DNA of 64,000 nt from Candidatus Hydrogenedentes bacterium ADurb.Bin170 (GTDB lineage: Bacteria > Hydrogenedentota > Hydrogenedentia > Hydrogenedentales > CAITNO01), in the NCBI GenBank assembly GCA_002070275.1, contig MWCY01000007.1, positions 3,704 to 67,703 of the forward strand, read 5' to 3'. A model generated the notes under the pieces. That model saw only the letters and a list, made by a program, of their open reading frames with translations. It was not told where the DNA came from and searched no databases. This document shows positions 47,311 to 57,671 of this stretch, piece by piece. Each line of letters starts with the position of its first letter. The first letter of the stretch is position 1. The translations under genes and the position numbers were made by a program.

Positions 47311-48474
47311 TCACGAAACGTTGGGTACGAACCGCCACAACACGGTGCCGATAATCATAAGCGCTACAGAAACGCCCAGTGCAATTTTGAGGCCCTGACG
47401 TATGGAAGTTTTTGCCGTGTAATTGCCGATAATGGGCGGAATAAAAATACCGCCGAACAGTCCGATGGCAAAAATGAGCCCGAAGACACTGCCGGCTGTG
47501 CCCTGATTGATGGCGTCTGTTTTGCCGAAGCAGACACCGACCAGTGTCGGGAAAACAGGGCCGAAAGAAAATCCTGCCAGAAGCGTTCCGAAAACACCTG
47601 TCGCAGGGTTTGGCGCGATGATCATGAGGCCGATGGCAAGGGCAGCGATGAGCGCCAGCACAGGCACAAGAACCGCCGGATCCAGACCTGTGAGAAAGAT
47701 AGCGGTAATCAGGCGCGCCACCATAAGAGCGATCCAGAAGCCGCTTAGAAAAGAGGTGGCTTTTTCATCGGAAAATTGGTGCGATTTAAGGTAGGTGGAG
47801 ACGAAACCTGCCATGGAGGATTCCAGTGCTATATAGCAGAAAAGCGCAAGACCGCCGACAAGCACTACAGGATTGGAGAGCAGTCCCAGTGTTTTCGCAA
47901 CGTTGAAGCCTGCTTCAGGCTGAGGCAATTGCTTCATAGTGAGCGCAACGAGGATGATCGGCAGAAAAAGGATAGCGCCGATCAGACTGACTGTCTTTTT
48001 GTACCCCATGTTGCTAAGAAGAAGCGCAATGATCAGAGGCGTGATAAACGCACCGATGCCGAAGAAAACATTGAGCAGGTTGGAGGCGCGGGGTGCATTC
48101 TGCCCTTCAAAAAGAACTGTGGGCCCCAGTGTGTTTCCGATGGTGTTGGCGCACATGGCGGCAATACCCAGTACAAGGCAGGCTATCAGTGCAGTAGTGT
48201 AATTGCGTGCGGAAGCGAGCACAAGGACACTGACGCATGCCAGCCCGAAACCGATGAGCGCAACCATGCCATAACCGACTGTATCGGTAAGAGGACCAAC
48301 AATCAGCACCGCTATAAGGCAGGTGAACATCATGGCGGAAATCAGGCTGCCGACTTTGGTGTCGTCTATGTTTAACGTTTCTGCCAGTTTGAGTTTGACG
48401 CTTCCTAAAATGGAAAAAAGAACACCCAGTGTAAAAACGCCGGAAAAAGCGACAAATGACGGTCCGGTAAACAT
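47311..48474 (-). CDS. MFS transporter
   Basis: 387 aa with 12 predicted transmembrane helices and MFS-like loops. Confidence 0.75.
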   Translation of the reverse strand: MFTGPSFVAFSGVFTLGVLFSILGSVKLKLAETLNIDDTKVGSLISAMMFTCLIAVLIVGPLTDTVGYGMVALIGFGLACVSVLVLASARNYTTALIACLVLGIAAMCANTIGNTLGPTVLFEGQNAPRASNLLNVFFGIGAFITPLIIALLLSNMGYKKTVSLIGAILFLPIILVALTMKQLPQPEAGFNVAKTLGLLSNPVVLVGGLALFCYIALESSMAGFVSTYLKSHQFSDEKATSFLSGFWIALMVARLITAIFLTGLDPAVLVPVLALIAALAIGLMIIAPNPATGVFGTLLAGFSFGPVFPTLVGVCFGKTDAINQGTAGSVFGLIFAIGLFGGIFIPPIIGNYTAKTSIRQGLKIALGVSVALMIIGTVLWRFVPNVS

Positions 48475-48570
48475 TACATCTCCTTCCGTTGCGCCCTCTC
48501 AGGTTGGAATAAGGGCTGTTGGTATAAGACATTTACTCAAAGCATCTTTTGCCTTGAAATTTGGTAACGC

Positions 48571-50517
48571 TTATCTTATATGTTTTGCGCTGCAGTTGCA
48601 ACTTAGTTTGTCGAAAAATTCCGACCATGAACGGAACATGAATCCGGTCTTATTCTTTTTGAGGTATTGCCTGTATAGCCCGAAAAAAGTATAGGGATCG
48701 CAAAAGACCCAGTCATCGCCCTTATGCCGTTCTTGTACAGCGGCAATAACTTTTTTCATCGTGGAGGGTGACTGCAGAATCCAGCGAAAGATCAGAAATT
48801 GCGGTGTTTCCGCTTTTCCGAAAGCGATCATCTGATCCGCTGCTTTTTCCGGATGATTTCTGTCCGGGTAGATATCGGAGCTGTGTCTCAGAAAGGGTGT
48901 ATTGTTTACCAGGCTTTTTTCCATTCCCAACTGCATGCCGACACCTTCCGGGGAAAAACGGCTGTACGCGTCCTGTATTACCAAAGGCATTTCTCCATGA
49001 AAACCGTTAATCACAAAGCCGGTAATGGAGTAGTCGAAGCGTCTGTAATACTTTTCGTTATGCGAAACCCACAATTCTAATGCTTCGGGAAGACCGCTGC
49101 CTGCACGGTCACCTATAAGAAGGTTAGGGTTCAGATACCCTGCTCCTGAGTCTCCGGCAATAAACCAGTCCTGCGGTGATGCCGTGCCGTAAAAATGGTC
49201 GAACACATGAGGCACTCTGTCGGACAGGTTGGGGTTGAATGCCCACGCTATGGGCAAGGTGCCTCTGTTCGGATCATCCCAAAATAAGGGCACATGCCGG
49301 GAAAGCCAGGCGGCAGAATCATAATCTCCCATATAAATCAGCACATAATGCTTGTTTTCGAGAGGGGGCAAAGCGGGCCGTGGTTGCTGGCTGTATTTCT
49401 TTTTTAGCGGATAATGCCTGTAAGCGGACGCATTCGTAAGACACGCCAGTCCCAGCGCATCTGCATCAAGAAAGGCGTTATATCTGCTGAAGAGGGAAAC
49501 ATATTCCCATTCCGTCGGGACAGGTTCATGCAAACCACCGGCTGCGCCGTGATTAGTATACTTCAGATCCCACGATACAAAACCGCCAATGGAAGTAAAA
49601 CACTTACCGTGGTTTTGGTGGTACTGGCTGTTGAGCAAAGCGACGAGTGTTTCATAATCGGTACCCGGGGACTGTGCTGGATCATCCACCGGGAGTTCAT
49701 CCTTCCAAGCCAGCAGATCAAAGAAAAACGCACGATTAGCAATGAAATAATCGTGATTTGTTACCATGGAGTTGGGAAGATCCCTGTAGTGAAATCCGGG
49801 CTTTCCAGGCTGCTGTGAATAAGCGTCAATATAAAAAGCCATCAGAGCAGGATTGCATTTCCCTTTATCCAGATACTCTCTTTTCGCCCAGAGATAAGCA
49901 TCGCATTTTGCACTGCCGCTTTCCGCTCCTGTAAAAAGTCCGCACAGATTCCTGCCTTTATTCGTTTCAAAGCCGGATTCCTGCAGAAATGGAAGCAAGG
50001 GGCTGTCGGCGCGCAGTGGCAGAAGCTTTTCTACGCCGCAAATAGTAGCCGCCACGTTGGCAGTAGCAGGAACAGCTGGATCCCAGAGAACAAAACCATT
50101 GTAGAATTCCTTAAAGCGCTGAAGCACCACACGTAAAGAACGAACGTTTTCTGTATGCTGCAGTACTTTCCACTGTTCTTTTGTAATTTGCAGCCAGTAG
50201 TCATCCAGATTTATACGGCCACCCTGCCCTTCTCCTTCAAGAAAACGAATCAGCATGCGGGGGGCATCACGGTTGACGAGACCCTGTAGAGATGCCACCA
50301 GCTTCAACGCATCATAACGCGCAACCGAATCGTCGGGAATCTCTTTGAAAATTTCATCAACCCATACATATACAATCGGAACCTCTCCATCATCAGGAGA
50401 ATGGTGGGCAGTATACACATCTGGTCTTTTATGCTCCTCAGCATCCAGTTCTTTTGCTTCACAGCAGTTCGCCAAGGCGATGCACATAAAAACCAGGATT
50501 CCCGTGAATTTAACCAT
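48571..50517 (-). CDS. secreted hypothetical protein, possibly GxGYxYP-family (putative glycoside hydrolase-like)
   Basis: Signal peptide on MVKFTGILVFMCIALA. The start was set at 50517, which has an AGGAACA ribosome-binding site. A GDSGAGYLNP motif resembles the GxGYxYP signature. This assignment is weak. Confidence 0.4.
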   Translation of the reverse strand: MVKFTGILVFMCIALANCCEAKELDAEEHKRPDVYTAHHSPDDGEVPIVYVWVDEIFKEIPDDSVARYDALKLVASLQGLVNRDAPRMLIRFLEGEGQGGRINLDDYWLQITKEQWKVLQHTENVRSLRVVLQRFKEFYNGFVLWDPAVPATANVAATICGVEKLLPLRADSPLLPFLQESGFETNKGRNLCGLFTGAESGSAKCDAYLWAKREYLDKGKCNPALMAFYIDAYSQQPGKPGFHYRDLPNSMVTNHDYFIANRAFFFDLLAWKDELPVDDPAQSPGTDYETLVALLNSQYHQNHGKCFTSIGGFVSWDLKYTNHGAAGGLHEPVPTEWEYVSLFSRYNAFLDADALGLACLTNASAYRHYPLKKKYSQQPRPALPPLENKHYVLIYMGDYDSAAWLSRHVPLFWDDPNRGTLPIAWAFNPNLSDRVPHVFDHFYGTASPQDWFIAGDSGAGYLNPNLLIGDRAGSGLPEALELWVSHNEKYYRRFDYSITGFVINGFHGEMPLVIQDAYSRFSPEGVGMQLGMEKSLVNNTPFLRHSSDIYPDRNHPEKAADQMIAFGKAETPQFLIFRWILQSPSTMKKVIAAVQERHKGDDWVFCDPYTFFGLYRQYLKKNKTGFMFRSWSEFFDKLSCNCSAKHIR

Positions 50518-50776
50518 TGTTCCTGCCTGTTTTGGGTGGAGACCACGCGTTTTTGGTGTTAAAAGTGGATGAAAACGCATTATTCATATAATTGTCAACT
50601 GCACTTTAAAAGGACACATGTCAGCCCTTTTGAGACAGAGAAAAATAACTTGATATATCAATTGACTTATGTTATACTTGTTATGGTCAGTGCCATATAT
50701 GGCGTTTCTCCTTCCGCGGAGGCCTGGTGCGAACGAGCGTCAGGCCTCTTTTATATTGCCGGATTTTCTGTCCTGT

Positions 50777-51310
50777 TCAGGACTTCCCCCCTTCTGCGTG
50801 GCTTTGCTGTTTAATCCCCCAGTACAGTTCGTGACCGATGACCAGAAACAGCCCTGCCATAATTGCCAGATCTGCAACATTGAAAATGCCTGTCCGTAGC
50901 GAATACCCTCCGATTTGTACGCCCATATTCATAAAATCGACTACAGACCCATCACGAAAGATTCTGTCGATCAGATTTCCGATACCGCCACCGGTGATGG
51001 TTGCAAAGGCGACAAATGGCAGTGGTTTAATTAATTTCGCAAGAAGAAGATAAGCGACCAGGACCCCCAAAATCAGAGCATTGACTCCTACCATAATCAA
51101 GGATCGGGTTGCCGTCGGTAAAGCAGCACCCAGACTCAGGAAAGCTCCTTTATTTTCGGCGTATTGAATGCGGATCATATCACCCAGAAAAGAATAACAG
51201 TTTCCTGAATGTTTCAATGTTCTGATGGCATGCCATTTTGTCCCGTGATCCAAAAGAAGAACGGTTGCAACAATGGCTATGATGATAATTATTTTGCGTT
51301 TAATTGTCAT
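50777..51310 (-). CDS. lspA: lipoprotein signal peptidase II
   Basis: 177 aa with four transmembrane helices. Conserved Asn and Asp boxes are placed as in LspA. Confidence 0.85.
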   Translation of the reverse strand: MTIKRKIIIIIAIVATVLLLDHGTKWHAIRTLKHSGNCYSFLGDMIRIQYAENKGAFLSLGAALPTATRSLIMVGVNALILGVLVAYLLLAKLIKPLPFVAFATITGGGIGNLIDRIFRDGSVVDFMNMGVQIGGYSLRTGIFNVADLAIMAGLFLVIGHELYWGIKQQSHAEGGKS

Positions 51311-51606
51311 ACTAACTGCCTTTTATAGTAAAAAACATTTGACCTCTTCTGTTTCAACTGTCTTAAACCAATGCGGTTGAGGCATGGAGACATTTCAAAC
51401 CCTGAATTCGGGCGGCAACGAGCATGAACTGACAGTTAATAGGCAGTCCCACAGGTACTGAATTGAATCTGTTTTGAAGTCCATACAGCAAATACGGGTT
51501 TATTCACCTGTGCAAATGGCTGATCGGTAGACAAAGGTCCCGGCGTGCCGCATAAACCGTCAGGCTACAAGTCACCGGTTGGCGGAATCGGTGGCTTCAG
51601 CATTAA

Positions 51607-52485
51607 TTAAGACTCTCCTTTTTCAGAAGCCCCTACTCTTTGCTGAATGTCGGCAAGAACGGTGCGTGCAAAAGACTCCATATTGGGATTCTTTGTCCAG
51701 TCAATAAACTTCTGGATGCTTTCGCATTGAGCGGCGGTACCATGGGTTTTCAATATCTGCAGTGCATGATAATGAACGGCTTCTTCCAGTCCAGTCCGCG
51801 CCAGTGCATCGGCAAACAAATCCAGATGATCTGCTGCGAAAATTTCCGGAAATCCGTAGATAATTTCTGTTCTGTCCGCATCCGTTGCTTCAGGCAGAAA
51901 CCAAAGTTTTGCCGCATCCTCCACCGCTTTTCCATCTCCTTTGCGCATCAGAACAAGAATGGCAATTTTCCGGACATGCAGTGCTTCATCCTGTGACAAC
52001 TGCTTCAGTAGATCGAAAGCCTCAGGAGTTTCAATGGAGCCGATCAGGTGTGCCGCACAGCCACGGGTGGCAATATCTTTATCCGGCGCAGTCAATTCCT
52101 TTAAACGGTTAAAGTCTTCTTTTTTTACATGGGTTCCAAGAGAGACGACAGCAAGCATTTTGGCGCTTGCCGGCTGCTCAGGATCAGCCAGAACAGCGAA
52201 GATTCCTTCAAGTCCTTCGCCGCCGGGTGCTGCCATCTGCTGGGCAAGCATAAAGCCTTTGTGCAGATCCATGGTTTTAGGATCCATAGTGGCAACAGCG
52301 GTCCACTGCTCCATGAGGCTGGTCCCGGAAGAAATCCCTTCGGCGACCTTGGTTTCCTGTGCGGCAGCAACAACATTAGTATTAGCGCCGCTGTCTCCCG
52401 GCTGCGGCTTAATGCAGCCGTAAAGACACAGCAACGGAAAAAGAAGTGCCAGCGTTTTAATTTTCAACAGTGGTGAAAGAGACAT
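51607..52485 (-). CDS. lipoprotein with HEAT/ARM-like repeats (hypothetical)
   Basis: Lipobox (LYGC). A repetitive alpha-helical sequence. Confidence 0.45.
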   Translation of the reverse strand: MSLSPLLKIKTLALLFPLLCLYGCIKPQPGDSGANTNVVAAAQETKVAEGISSGTSLMEQWTAVATMDPKTMDLHKGFMLAQQMAAPGGEGLEGIFAVLADPEQPASAKMLAVVSLGTHVKKEDFNRLKELTAPDKDIATRGCAAHLIGSIETPEAFDLLKQLSQDEALHVRKIAILVLMRKGDGKAVEDAAKLWFLPEATDADRTEIIYGFPEIFAADHLDLFADALARTGLEEAVHYHALQILKTHGTAAQCESIQKFIDWTKNPNMESFARTVLADIQQRVGASEKGES

Positions 52486-52637
52486 GAGAAACCTCCAGTT
52501 AATTGATGTCGTGTTGAATATCAGTTATTTGCACCTATTGTATTCATGAGAGCCGTAAAAGAACAATGTTTTTTTAATACCCTCCGGATTGCTATTATAG
52601 TCGAAATGCAAAACCATAAGCGCCGGAAGCGGTATGA

Positions 52638-53504
52638 GTGCGGAGTTTTTACATGGATGACTATCAGAAACAGTTCAATCAGATTATAGATGAGGTGCGC
52701 CTGCTTGCAAAAAAACATGCTCGAGGAAGACCGCCCCATATCCTGTTATCCAAAGAAACAGCAGAGAAACTGCTGCAGATTGACGCATTGAAAATGCGGA
52801 CTGAGAAAGAGGCGTGTGCCGCAAATATGCCTCCGGAACAGGAGTCCTGTAATAAGGCGCAGGACAGCGCAGGAATGCCTGCAGTATCAGGAAAAGATAC
52901 TGATGCCCTTGCCATTTCTGTATCTTCGCAGGCAGCGCTGGAAGCGATTGCTGAAGAAATTCTTATCTGTAAAAAGTGCCATCTTAGCGAAAAGCGAACC
53001 AAAGCGGTTCCGGGCGAAGGCTCTGTAAATGCTTCGCTGGTCTTTGTTGGCGAAGCGCCCGGTGCCTCCGAAGATGCCCAGGGCAGGCCCTTTGTCGGGA
53101 GATCGGGACAATTACTGACAGATATTATAGAAAAAGGCATGCAGTTGACGAGGCAGGATGTTTTTATCTGCAATGTGGTGAAATGCCGTCCTCCGGACAA
53201 CCGTGTGCCTTCTCCCGACGAGGTGCGTATATGTGAGCCTTATCTGCTGCGCCAGTTGGAGATTCTCAAGCCTAAGGTGATTTGCGCATTGGGCTCAGTT
53301 GCGGCACAGACACTGCTGAAAACCACCGATCCCATTTTTAAATTGCGTGGCCTTTGGCATGACTACCATGGCATCGCCTGTCGCGTTACCTATCATCCGG
53401 CGTATCTGCTGCGTAATCCTCCTGATAAAAAGAAGGCGTGGGAAGACATTCAGGAAATCATGCGCTTTATGAGAGAGAATGAAATTCCCCTGTCGCCCCA
53501 ATGA
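52638..53504 (+). CDS. uracil-DNA glycosylase, family 4 (Fe-S type) with an N-terminal extension of about 90 aa
   Basis: Motifs GEAPGASED...GRPFVGRSGQLL and Cys ligands (CKKCHL, VVKCRPP, CEPY). Its stop overlaps the start of the next gene. Confidence 0.8.
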   Translation: MRSFYMDDYQKQFNQIIDEVRLLAKKHARGRPPHILLSKETAEKLLQIDALKMRTEKEACAANMPPEQESCNKAQDSAGMPAVSGKDTDALAISVSSQAALEAIAEEILICKKCHLSEKRTKAVPGEGSVNASLVFVGEAPGASEDAQGRPFVGRSGQLLTDIIEKGMQLTRQDVFICNVVKCRPPDNRVPSPDEVRICEPYLLRQLEILKPKVICALGSVAAQTLLKTTDPIFKLRGLWHDYHGIACRVTYHPAYLLRNPPDKKKAWEDIQEIMRFMRENEIPLSPQ

Positions 53505-54895
53505 CTTCCAGAACAGCCACCATGACCAATGCATCTTTTGTCGCCCCTCCCTTACGCTGGAGACGCTCATTGTTTTTCCGGGTTGTCCTCCTGTGCGCCG
53601 TACTGCTGATTTGCCTTCTGGCATCGGTCATCGTGATCACCCACCACTTTTTTCAGGAAATCATGCGTCAGATGGAAACGCAGGCTATGGAGATCGCGCA
53701 CAGTCTGGAGATTCAAATCGAAGAGGGATTTGACGGCGATTACGAAGCGCTGGGCAGTAAATTAATGGATCTGTATCACGGAGTGGACATTAAACTGGAT
53801 GAACAAACCGGAGACTTGGGTGCGGCAACCTTTACGCTGCAAAGGCTTGATGATGGTTCTATTGTTCGCATGGCGCGTGTGCCGATCGTCAATAATGATC
53901 AGCCAATGGTCATGACTGTCATTATGAATATTGCGCCCAAAACGGAAATATTGCGGGCATTCCGCAATCGTAATCTGGTTATTCTGATAATTGTTTTTCT
54001 GGTAACTTTAGGGTTTATGGTCTATTTCATCGGCAAAGCACTGCGCCCTCTTGCTGTTCTATCTGAAAGCTGCGCTGCTGTCACTGAAGGGCATTTGCGG
54101 CCTGTCAATACGCAAGGGGCTGTCGGAGAAGTGCTTCTTCTCGAAAATACCTTTAACCGTATGATCACCAGTCTCCACGAAAAGGAGCTGATGGAAGCGA
54201 AGCTCCGTCAGGCGCAAAGGCTTTCGGCGCTGGGCAATCTTGCTGCCGGCATCGCCCACGATGTCCGCAATCCTTTAAATGCTATCAAACTGCTGTCAAG
54301 TCACGCTGCAGCGCTTCTGGAAAATGACAACCACCCTGCCGAAAAATCATTGAAGACCGTGAGCCGGGAAGTTGACCGGCTGGAAGAAATTGTTTCCAGT
54401 TTTTTGTCGCTTGCCCGCGAGACTGAAATGCATCGTGAGTTTGTTGAAATTGACGGTCTTGTGGCGGAATGTGTTCGTTTATTTCAAAAAGAGGCGGAGT
54501 CACGGAGCGTCAGACTGACTCATGATCTCCGCTGTTCCGGGCTGAACCTTTATCTGGATGCGAAACAGTGTACGCGTGCTGTTTTAAACGTGCTGATGAA
54601 TGCGATCGATGCCTGTCCGCCCGATGGTAGAGTACGTGTGTTTACGCGTCGAACAACAACGCACTGTGAAATTGAGATAAGAGATGATGGCCCGGGTATC
54701 CCGAAAGAGGTGATGGATACTGTTTTCGATCCCTATTTCACTACCAAGCCGGGAGGTACAGGGCTGGGGCTGTCCATTACTCGCAGTATTGTTGAAGAAC
54801 ATGGCGGCACCATTCAACTTTCGGCTTCCTCAGACAGAGGATGTCAGGTGCTCATCGTTTTTCCTCTGGATAAAGCTGCTGGAGTAGTTCAATAG
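53501..54895 (+). CDS. sensor histidine kinase (2 TM, periplasmic loop, HisKA, HATPase_c)
   Basis: H-box (AAGIAHDVRNPLNAI) and G-boxes (DDGPGIP, GGTGLGLSI). The ATG overlaps the UDG stop (ATGA). Confidence 0.85.
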   Translation: MTSRTATMTNASFVAPPLRWRRSLFFRVVLLCAVLLICLLASVIVITHHFFQEIMRQMETQAMEIAHSLEIQIEEGFDGDYEALGSKLMDLYHGVDIKLDEQTGDLGAATFTLQRLDDGSIVRMARVPIVNNDQPMVMTVIMNIAPKTEILRAFRNRNLVILIIVFLVTLGFMVYFIGKALRPLAVLSESCAAVTEGHLRPVNTQGAVGEVLLLENTFNRMITSLHEKELMEAKLRQAQRLSALGNLAAGIAHDVRNPLNAIKLLSSHAAALLENDNHPAEKSLKTVSREVDRLEEIVSSFLSLARETEMHREFVEIDGLVAECVRLFQKEAESRSVRLTHDLRCSGLNLYLDAKQCTRAVLNVLMNAIDACPPDGRVRVFTRRTTTHCEIEIRDDGPGIPKEVMDTVFDPYFTTKPGGTGLGLSITRSIVEEHGGTIQLSASSDRGCQVLIVFPLDKAAGVVQ

Positions 54896-54900
54896 AAAAC

Positions 54901-56286
54901 ATGCAGAAACAAAGAATTCTTGTAACAGAAGATGATCAGGTGCAGCGGGAGATCATCGCCGATATACTCGAATATGCCGGTTATGAAGTGCGGCCCTGCT
55001 CCTCAGGAGCGGAGGCGCTTAAAGCGTTGCAGGAGGAAAATTTTCATGTCCTGCTTACCGACATGAAAATGCCGGGCATGGACGGGTTGGAATTGTTGCA
55101 GCAGGCAAAAAGGCAGTGTCCTGATCTGGATACTGTGGTGATGACGGCGCACGCCACCATCAAAACGGCTGTGACTGCCATTAAAGAGGGTGCTGCTGAT
55201 TATCTTGAAAAGCCTTTTGGAAAAGATGAGCTGTTGCTTGTGATGGATCGGACGCTCGAGAGAGGACGGCTCAGGCGCGAGAATGCCCTTCTTTCCCGGC
55301 TTGTAGATGATTCTGTTTCTCTCGGTAATATCATCGGTCAAAGTCATGCAATGCGGGAAGTGTATGAGCGCACCAGGCGTGCTGTGCAGGTGCCGAGTAC
55401 GGTGCTGATACAGGGCGAGTCCGGTACTGGTAAAGAACTGATAGCCCGCCATATCCACTTCACGGGTCCCCGGGCGAAGAAGCCATTTATAGTTGTCAAT
55501 TGCGCAGCTATTCCTGATATGCTGGTAGAATCGGAACTTTTCGGCCATGAAAAAGGCTCGTTTACAGGCGCTGACAGCATGCGCACCGGAAAATTCGAAT
55601 TAGCGGATGGTGGCACGCTGTTCCTGGATGAGATTGGCGACATGCGTCTGGAAAGCCAGGCAAAGCTGCTGCGAGTACTCCAGGACGGACTGATAGAAAA
55701 AGTAGGAGGCTCAAAAAGCCGGAAAGTTGATGTGCGCGTCATTGTTGCGACCAATCAGGATTTGAAACGATGCGTTGCCGAGGGGACTTTCCGTCAGGAT
55801 CTTTATTACCGTCTGGAAGTGCTTTCCATTACCATGCCGCCTCTTCGGGAACGTATGGAAGACCTTCCTTTGCTGATCAATCATTTCAAAAATAAAATTG
55901 GCAGGAAACTGAATATTTCTGTTCCGGAAGTGGGGCCGGATGTGCTGGAAGCCTTCCGGTGTTATCGCTGGCCCGGTAATGTGCGAGAGCTGGAGAATAC
56001 CCTGGAGGAAGCATTTATCCTTGCCCGTTCTCCCCTGCTTCGAAAGCAGGATCTGGCTTCGAAATTTCAAAGCCCGGAGCCCGAGGTCTCAGACATCAAA
56101 CTGCCGCCGGGGGGACTTGATCTTGAAGAGCTGGAGCAGGAACTGATCCGTCAGGCACTGGAACGCAGCGGAGGCAGCATTAAAGCGGCTGCTCCTGTTC
56201 TCGGTATGACTTATAAAACGCTGCAATACCGTCTTAAAAAATACAATATCGACCCGAAAGGCGATGCCGAAGACACCGGAGAATAA
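54901..56286 (+). CDS. sigma-54-dependent response regulator (NtrC family: REC + AAA+ + Fis-type HTH)
   Basis: REC domain Asp (LLTDMKMPGMDG), Walker A (GESGTGKE), GAFTGA-like motif (GSFTGA), and a C-terminal helix-turn-helix. Confidence 0.9.
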   Translation: MQKQRILVTEDDQVQREIIADILEYAGYEVRPCSSGAEALKALQEENFHVLLTDMKMPGMDGLELLQQAKRQCPDLDTVVMTAHATIKTAVTAIKEGAADYLEKPFGKDELLLVMDRTLERGRLRRENALLSRLVDDSVSLGNIIGQSHAMREVYERTRRAVQVPSTVLIQGESGTGKELIARHIHFTGPRAKKPFIVVNCAAIPDMLVESELFGHEKGSFTGADSMRTGKFELADGGTLFLDEIGDMRLESQAKLLRVLQDGLIEKVGGSKSRKVDVRVIVATNQDLKRCVAEGTFRQDLYYRLEVLSITMPPLRERMEDLPLLINHFKNKIGRKLNISVPEVGPDVLEAFRCYRWPGNVRELENTLEEAFILARSPLLRKQDLASKFQSPEPEVSDIKLPPGGLDLEELEQELIRQALERSGGSIKAAAPVLGMTYKTLQYRLKKYNIDPKGDAEDTGE

Positions 56287-56309
56287 ATGACGCGATCAGG
56301 AAAAAAGAA

Positions 56310-56338
56310 GCGGGAGCGTTATATTTCAACGCTCCCGC
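56310..56338. terminator. bidirectional rho-independent terminator between convergent genes
   Basis: A perfect 11-bp stem (GCGGGAGCGTT-ATATTTC-AACGCTCCCGC) flanked by A/T runs. Confidence 0.55.
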
Positions 56339-56362
56339 AGTAAATTTAACCTGATGAAGAAA

Positions 56363-57310
56363 TTATTGGGCAAGCAGACCGATAGCGTTGGCGATTAGAG
56401 CATTGCAGGGAATATCACCTTGCGCCTCATACTTCTGGAACGCAACGTGGCCATCCATAAACAGCACATTGCAGCCGCCGGGAATATGATTGAACAGCTG
56501 ATCCGCTCCTGTGTTGGAGAGAAGGTCGGACATAATCAGGATCTCACTCTGCGCTTTATTGCTTGCCGCAGGGTTGTTAATGTCCGTGATCATAAAACGT
56601 TCCACACCTTCGCGAAGCCTGTAAATAGTATCTGAAGTGCCGTTGCCGCTGTTGGGATAGGCGAAGGGACCTTTGAGATCAGAGTCCAGCGCTTCCGGTT
56701 TCGGTTTCCAGTCGTCTCCGACCGCAGTGATTTTAAAATAGGCAGATGCAACCTGGTTGGATACTTCCAGAGTTTTACTGCCAACAGTAAGCTGGAACAC
56801 ATCAGAGGGGCTGATGGTCTTCATGCTGGCTTTATCTACAATAAAACCAAGATAGAAATAACTCATGTCGGGCTGGGCGATCATCCCTTCATACTGAAGG
56901 CAACCCGGTTCCTGGGCTGAGATTTCGGGCGTCATCATTTTAACGCCACCTTGACGGGCACTGGATGGACAGTTAAGAACGTTGATGTCCGTAAGGTATT
57001 CAGGGTAAATAGCAATGCCGGAAGGGCCGAGCGCCGGATAATCGTAATGCTTGTTGCATGTGGGATCCGGGTCAATAACGGGTCCGTCCCAGATCGGATA
57101 TCCCTGCATGGGCGGGAACTTGTTGGACGGTGATTCACCGGCGTACATTTTATAAATAATGCCCATTTGCTTCAGGTTGTTCGCACAGGAAGAACGACGC
57201 GCCGCTTCCCTTGCCCGCGCAAGGGCGGGCAGTAAAATTGCTGCAAGAATGCCGATAATGGCAATAACGACCAATAATTCAATCAGAGTAAAACCATGCC
57301 GTTTGTTCAT
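56363..57310 (-). CDS. prepilin-type N-terminal cleavage/methylation domain protein with a DUF1559 (H-X9-DG) domain
   Basis: N-terminus [43 protein letters not shown]. The start was set at 57310, which has an AAGGGA ribosome-binding site. This protein family is hugely expanded in Planctomycetes, Lentisphaerae and Verrucomicrobia. Confidence 0.85.
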   Translation of the reverse strand: MNKRHGFTLIELLVVIAIIGILAAILLPALARAREAARRSSCANNLKQMGIIYKMYAGESPSNKFPPMQGYPIWDGPVIDPDPTCNKHYDYPALGPSGIAIYPEYLTDINVLNCPSSARQGGVKMMTPEISAQEPGCLQYEGMIAQPDMSYFYLGFIVDKASMKTISPSDVFQLTVGSKTLEVSNQVASAYFKITAVGDDWKPKPEALDSDLKGPFAYPNSGNGTSDTIYRLREGVERFMITDINNPAASNKAQSEILIMSDLLSNTGADQLFNHIPGGCNVLFMDGHVAFQKYEAQGDIPCNALIANAIGLLAQ

Positions 57311-57549
57311 ACTTCCATCCCTTGTGTTTTGTGAATAAATAAAAGTTAATGAAAACGCACAATACCTCATTTCACTAATTTGAAGTACAAACAAAAGTGT
57401 ATCATAGCGTAGGGTGCCTGTCAAGCATTTTAAAACGACTGCATAAAAGGATAACAGTGTTCAGAAAACTTTTTATTGCAGAAATGCGGTGCATAATCCA
57501 TTGTGCTATAATTCATGAATAATGTTTTTTCTGCGAATTTAAGTTGACC

Positions 57550-57579
57550 TTGACAGAACTTTAATTTATCTGGTAGTAT
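57550..57579 (+). promoter_or_regulatory. sigma70-type promoter (TTGACA-N18-TAGTAT) for the PA14/C-type-lectin gene
   Basis: -35 hexamer TTGACA at 57550-57555 and -10 hexamer TAGTAT at 57574-57579, about 90 nt upstream of the ATG at 57672. Confidence 0.5.
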
Positions 57580-57671
57580 CATTGTGTGCAGGCATGTATT
57601 CTTTTATAACCTATTCACAATGGTGGTAACACAACAGCAAACTGGCAGGTCAGTAAACCCGGAGAGTGCAA

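Noticed and set aside
47776-48375. 199-aa plus-strand ORF
   Set aside because: It is antisense to the MFS transporter gene.
57311-57549. Search for a sigma-54 (-24 GG / -12 GC) promoter upstream of the DUF1559 gene, next to the NtrC-like regulator
   Set aside because: The best candidates (AGGCACC...GCTAT and TGCACCGCATTTCTGCAA) have the wrong GG-GC spacing or lack the GG. No confident call can be made.
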